The notes under the pieces: generated by a model
Databases searched by the model: none
Seen by the model: the letters and a program-made list of their open reading frames with translations, nothing else
Told to the model about the DNA's origin: nothing
DNA from: Bugula neritina
Taxonomy: Eukaryota; Animalia; Bryozoa
NCBI GenBank assembly: GCA_964035545.1
Contig: OZ037767.1
Location: 2,863,680 to 2,927,679 of the forward strand
Length of the DNA: 64,000 bases
Direction: 5' to 3'
Shown: one piece after another, positions 63,701 through 64,000 of the stretch
Position numbering within the stretch: the first letter of the stretch is position 1
Layout: each line of letters starts with the position of its first letter
Program-made: the position numbers and the translations under genes

Positions 63701-64000
63701 ACACACACTCAGCAGTACCTTGACACTATGCATAATTTTAATTTCTAGAATATGTATTAATATGTAACACATGAAGCATGCACTGCGCTATTTCCAGTTT
63801 GTTATTCAACTCTACACATTGTTCATAAAGGCAAATAACGAAGAAAAAGAGAGGGTGTGTGTGTGCTGTGTTTTTGTGTGTGTATGTGTGTGTTTTTGCT
63901 ACAATCAAATTAAGTTGAATTGAATTTTTCTGAAGGCCTGTAGCATTCACTGCATCATGTTTTTTGAGTAAAATGTTTCGACATTCTATGGAACATTTTT

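Noticed and set aside
59800-64000. Possible plus-strand gene divergent from MOCS1A (micro-exon candidates 60774-60787, 61701-61731, 63644-63678)
   Set aside because: Splice-like signals exist but give no consistent frame or recognisable protein within the window.

Overview
AT-rich, intron-rich eukaryotic (invertebrate metazoan-type) genomic DNA. All gene models were assembled by hand from GT-AG exons that join in frame. Contents: (1) the 5' 713 codons of cobalamin-dependent methionine synthase (MTR, minus strand, 16 exons, running off the left edge); (2) head-to-head with it, GPI transamidase subunit PIGT; (3) an uncharacterised 9-exon Cys-rich gene (minus); (4) the molybdenum cofactor genes MOCS1A (MoaA) and MOCS1B (MoaC). 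The ~15 kb MTR intron 8 hides three antisense, TATA-driven, 3-exon paralogues encoding secreted 8-Cys peptides whose core spacing resembles eclosion hormone and the N-terminal domain of opioid precursors. MTR intron 9 holds a 4.56 kb TTAA-flanked Kolobok-type element with an intact KolX (P2X7-ballast-like) gene and a THAP gene lacking the DDE domain. The normally bicistronic animal MOCS1 locus appears split: MOCS1B has its own candidate promoter, ATG and mitochondrial presequence exons, plus a second 'NRxxxLIGG-stop' cassette in its intron. There is also an internally inverted BEL/Pao integrase-only insertion with a 5-bp TSD and a perfect 94-bp foldback, MITEs, and tandem arrays made of duplicated splice donors.
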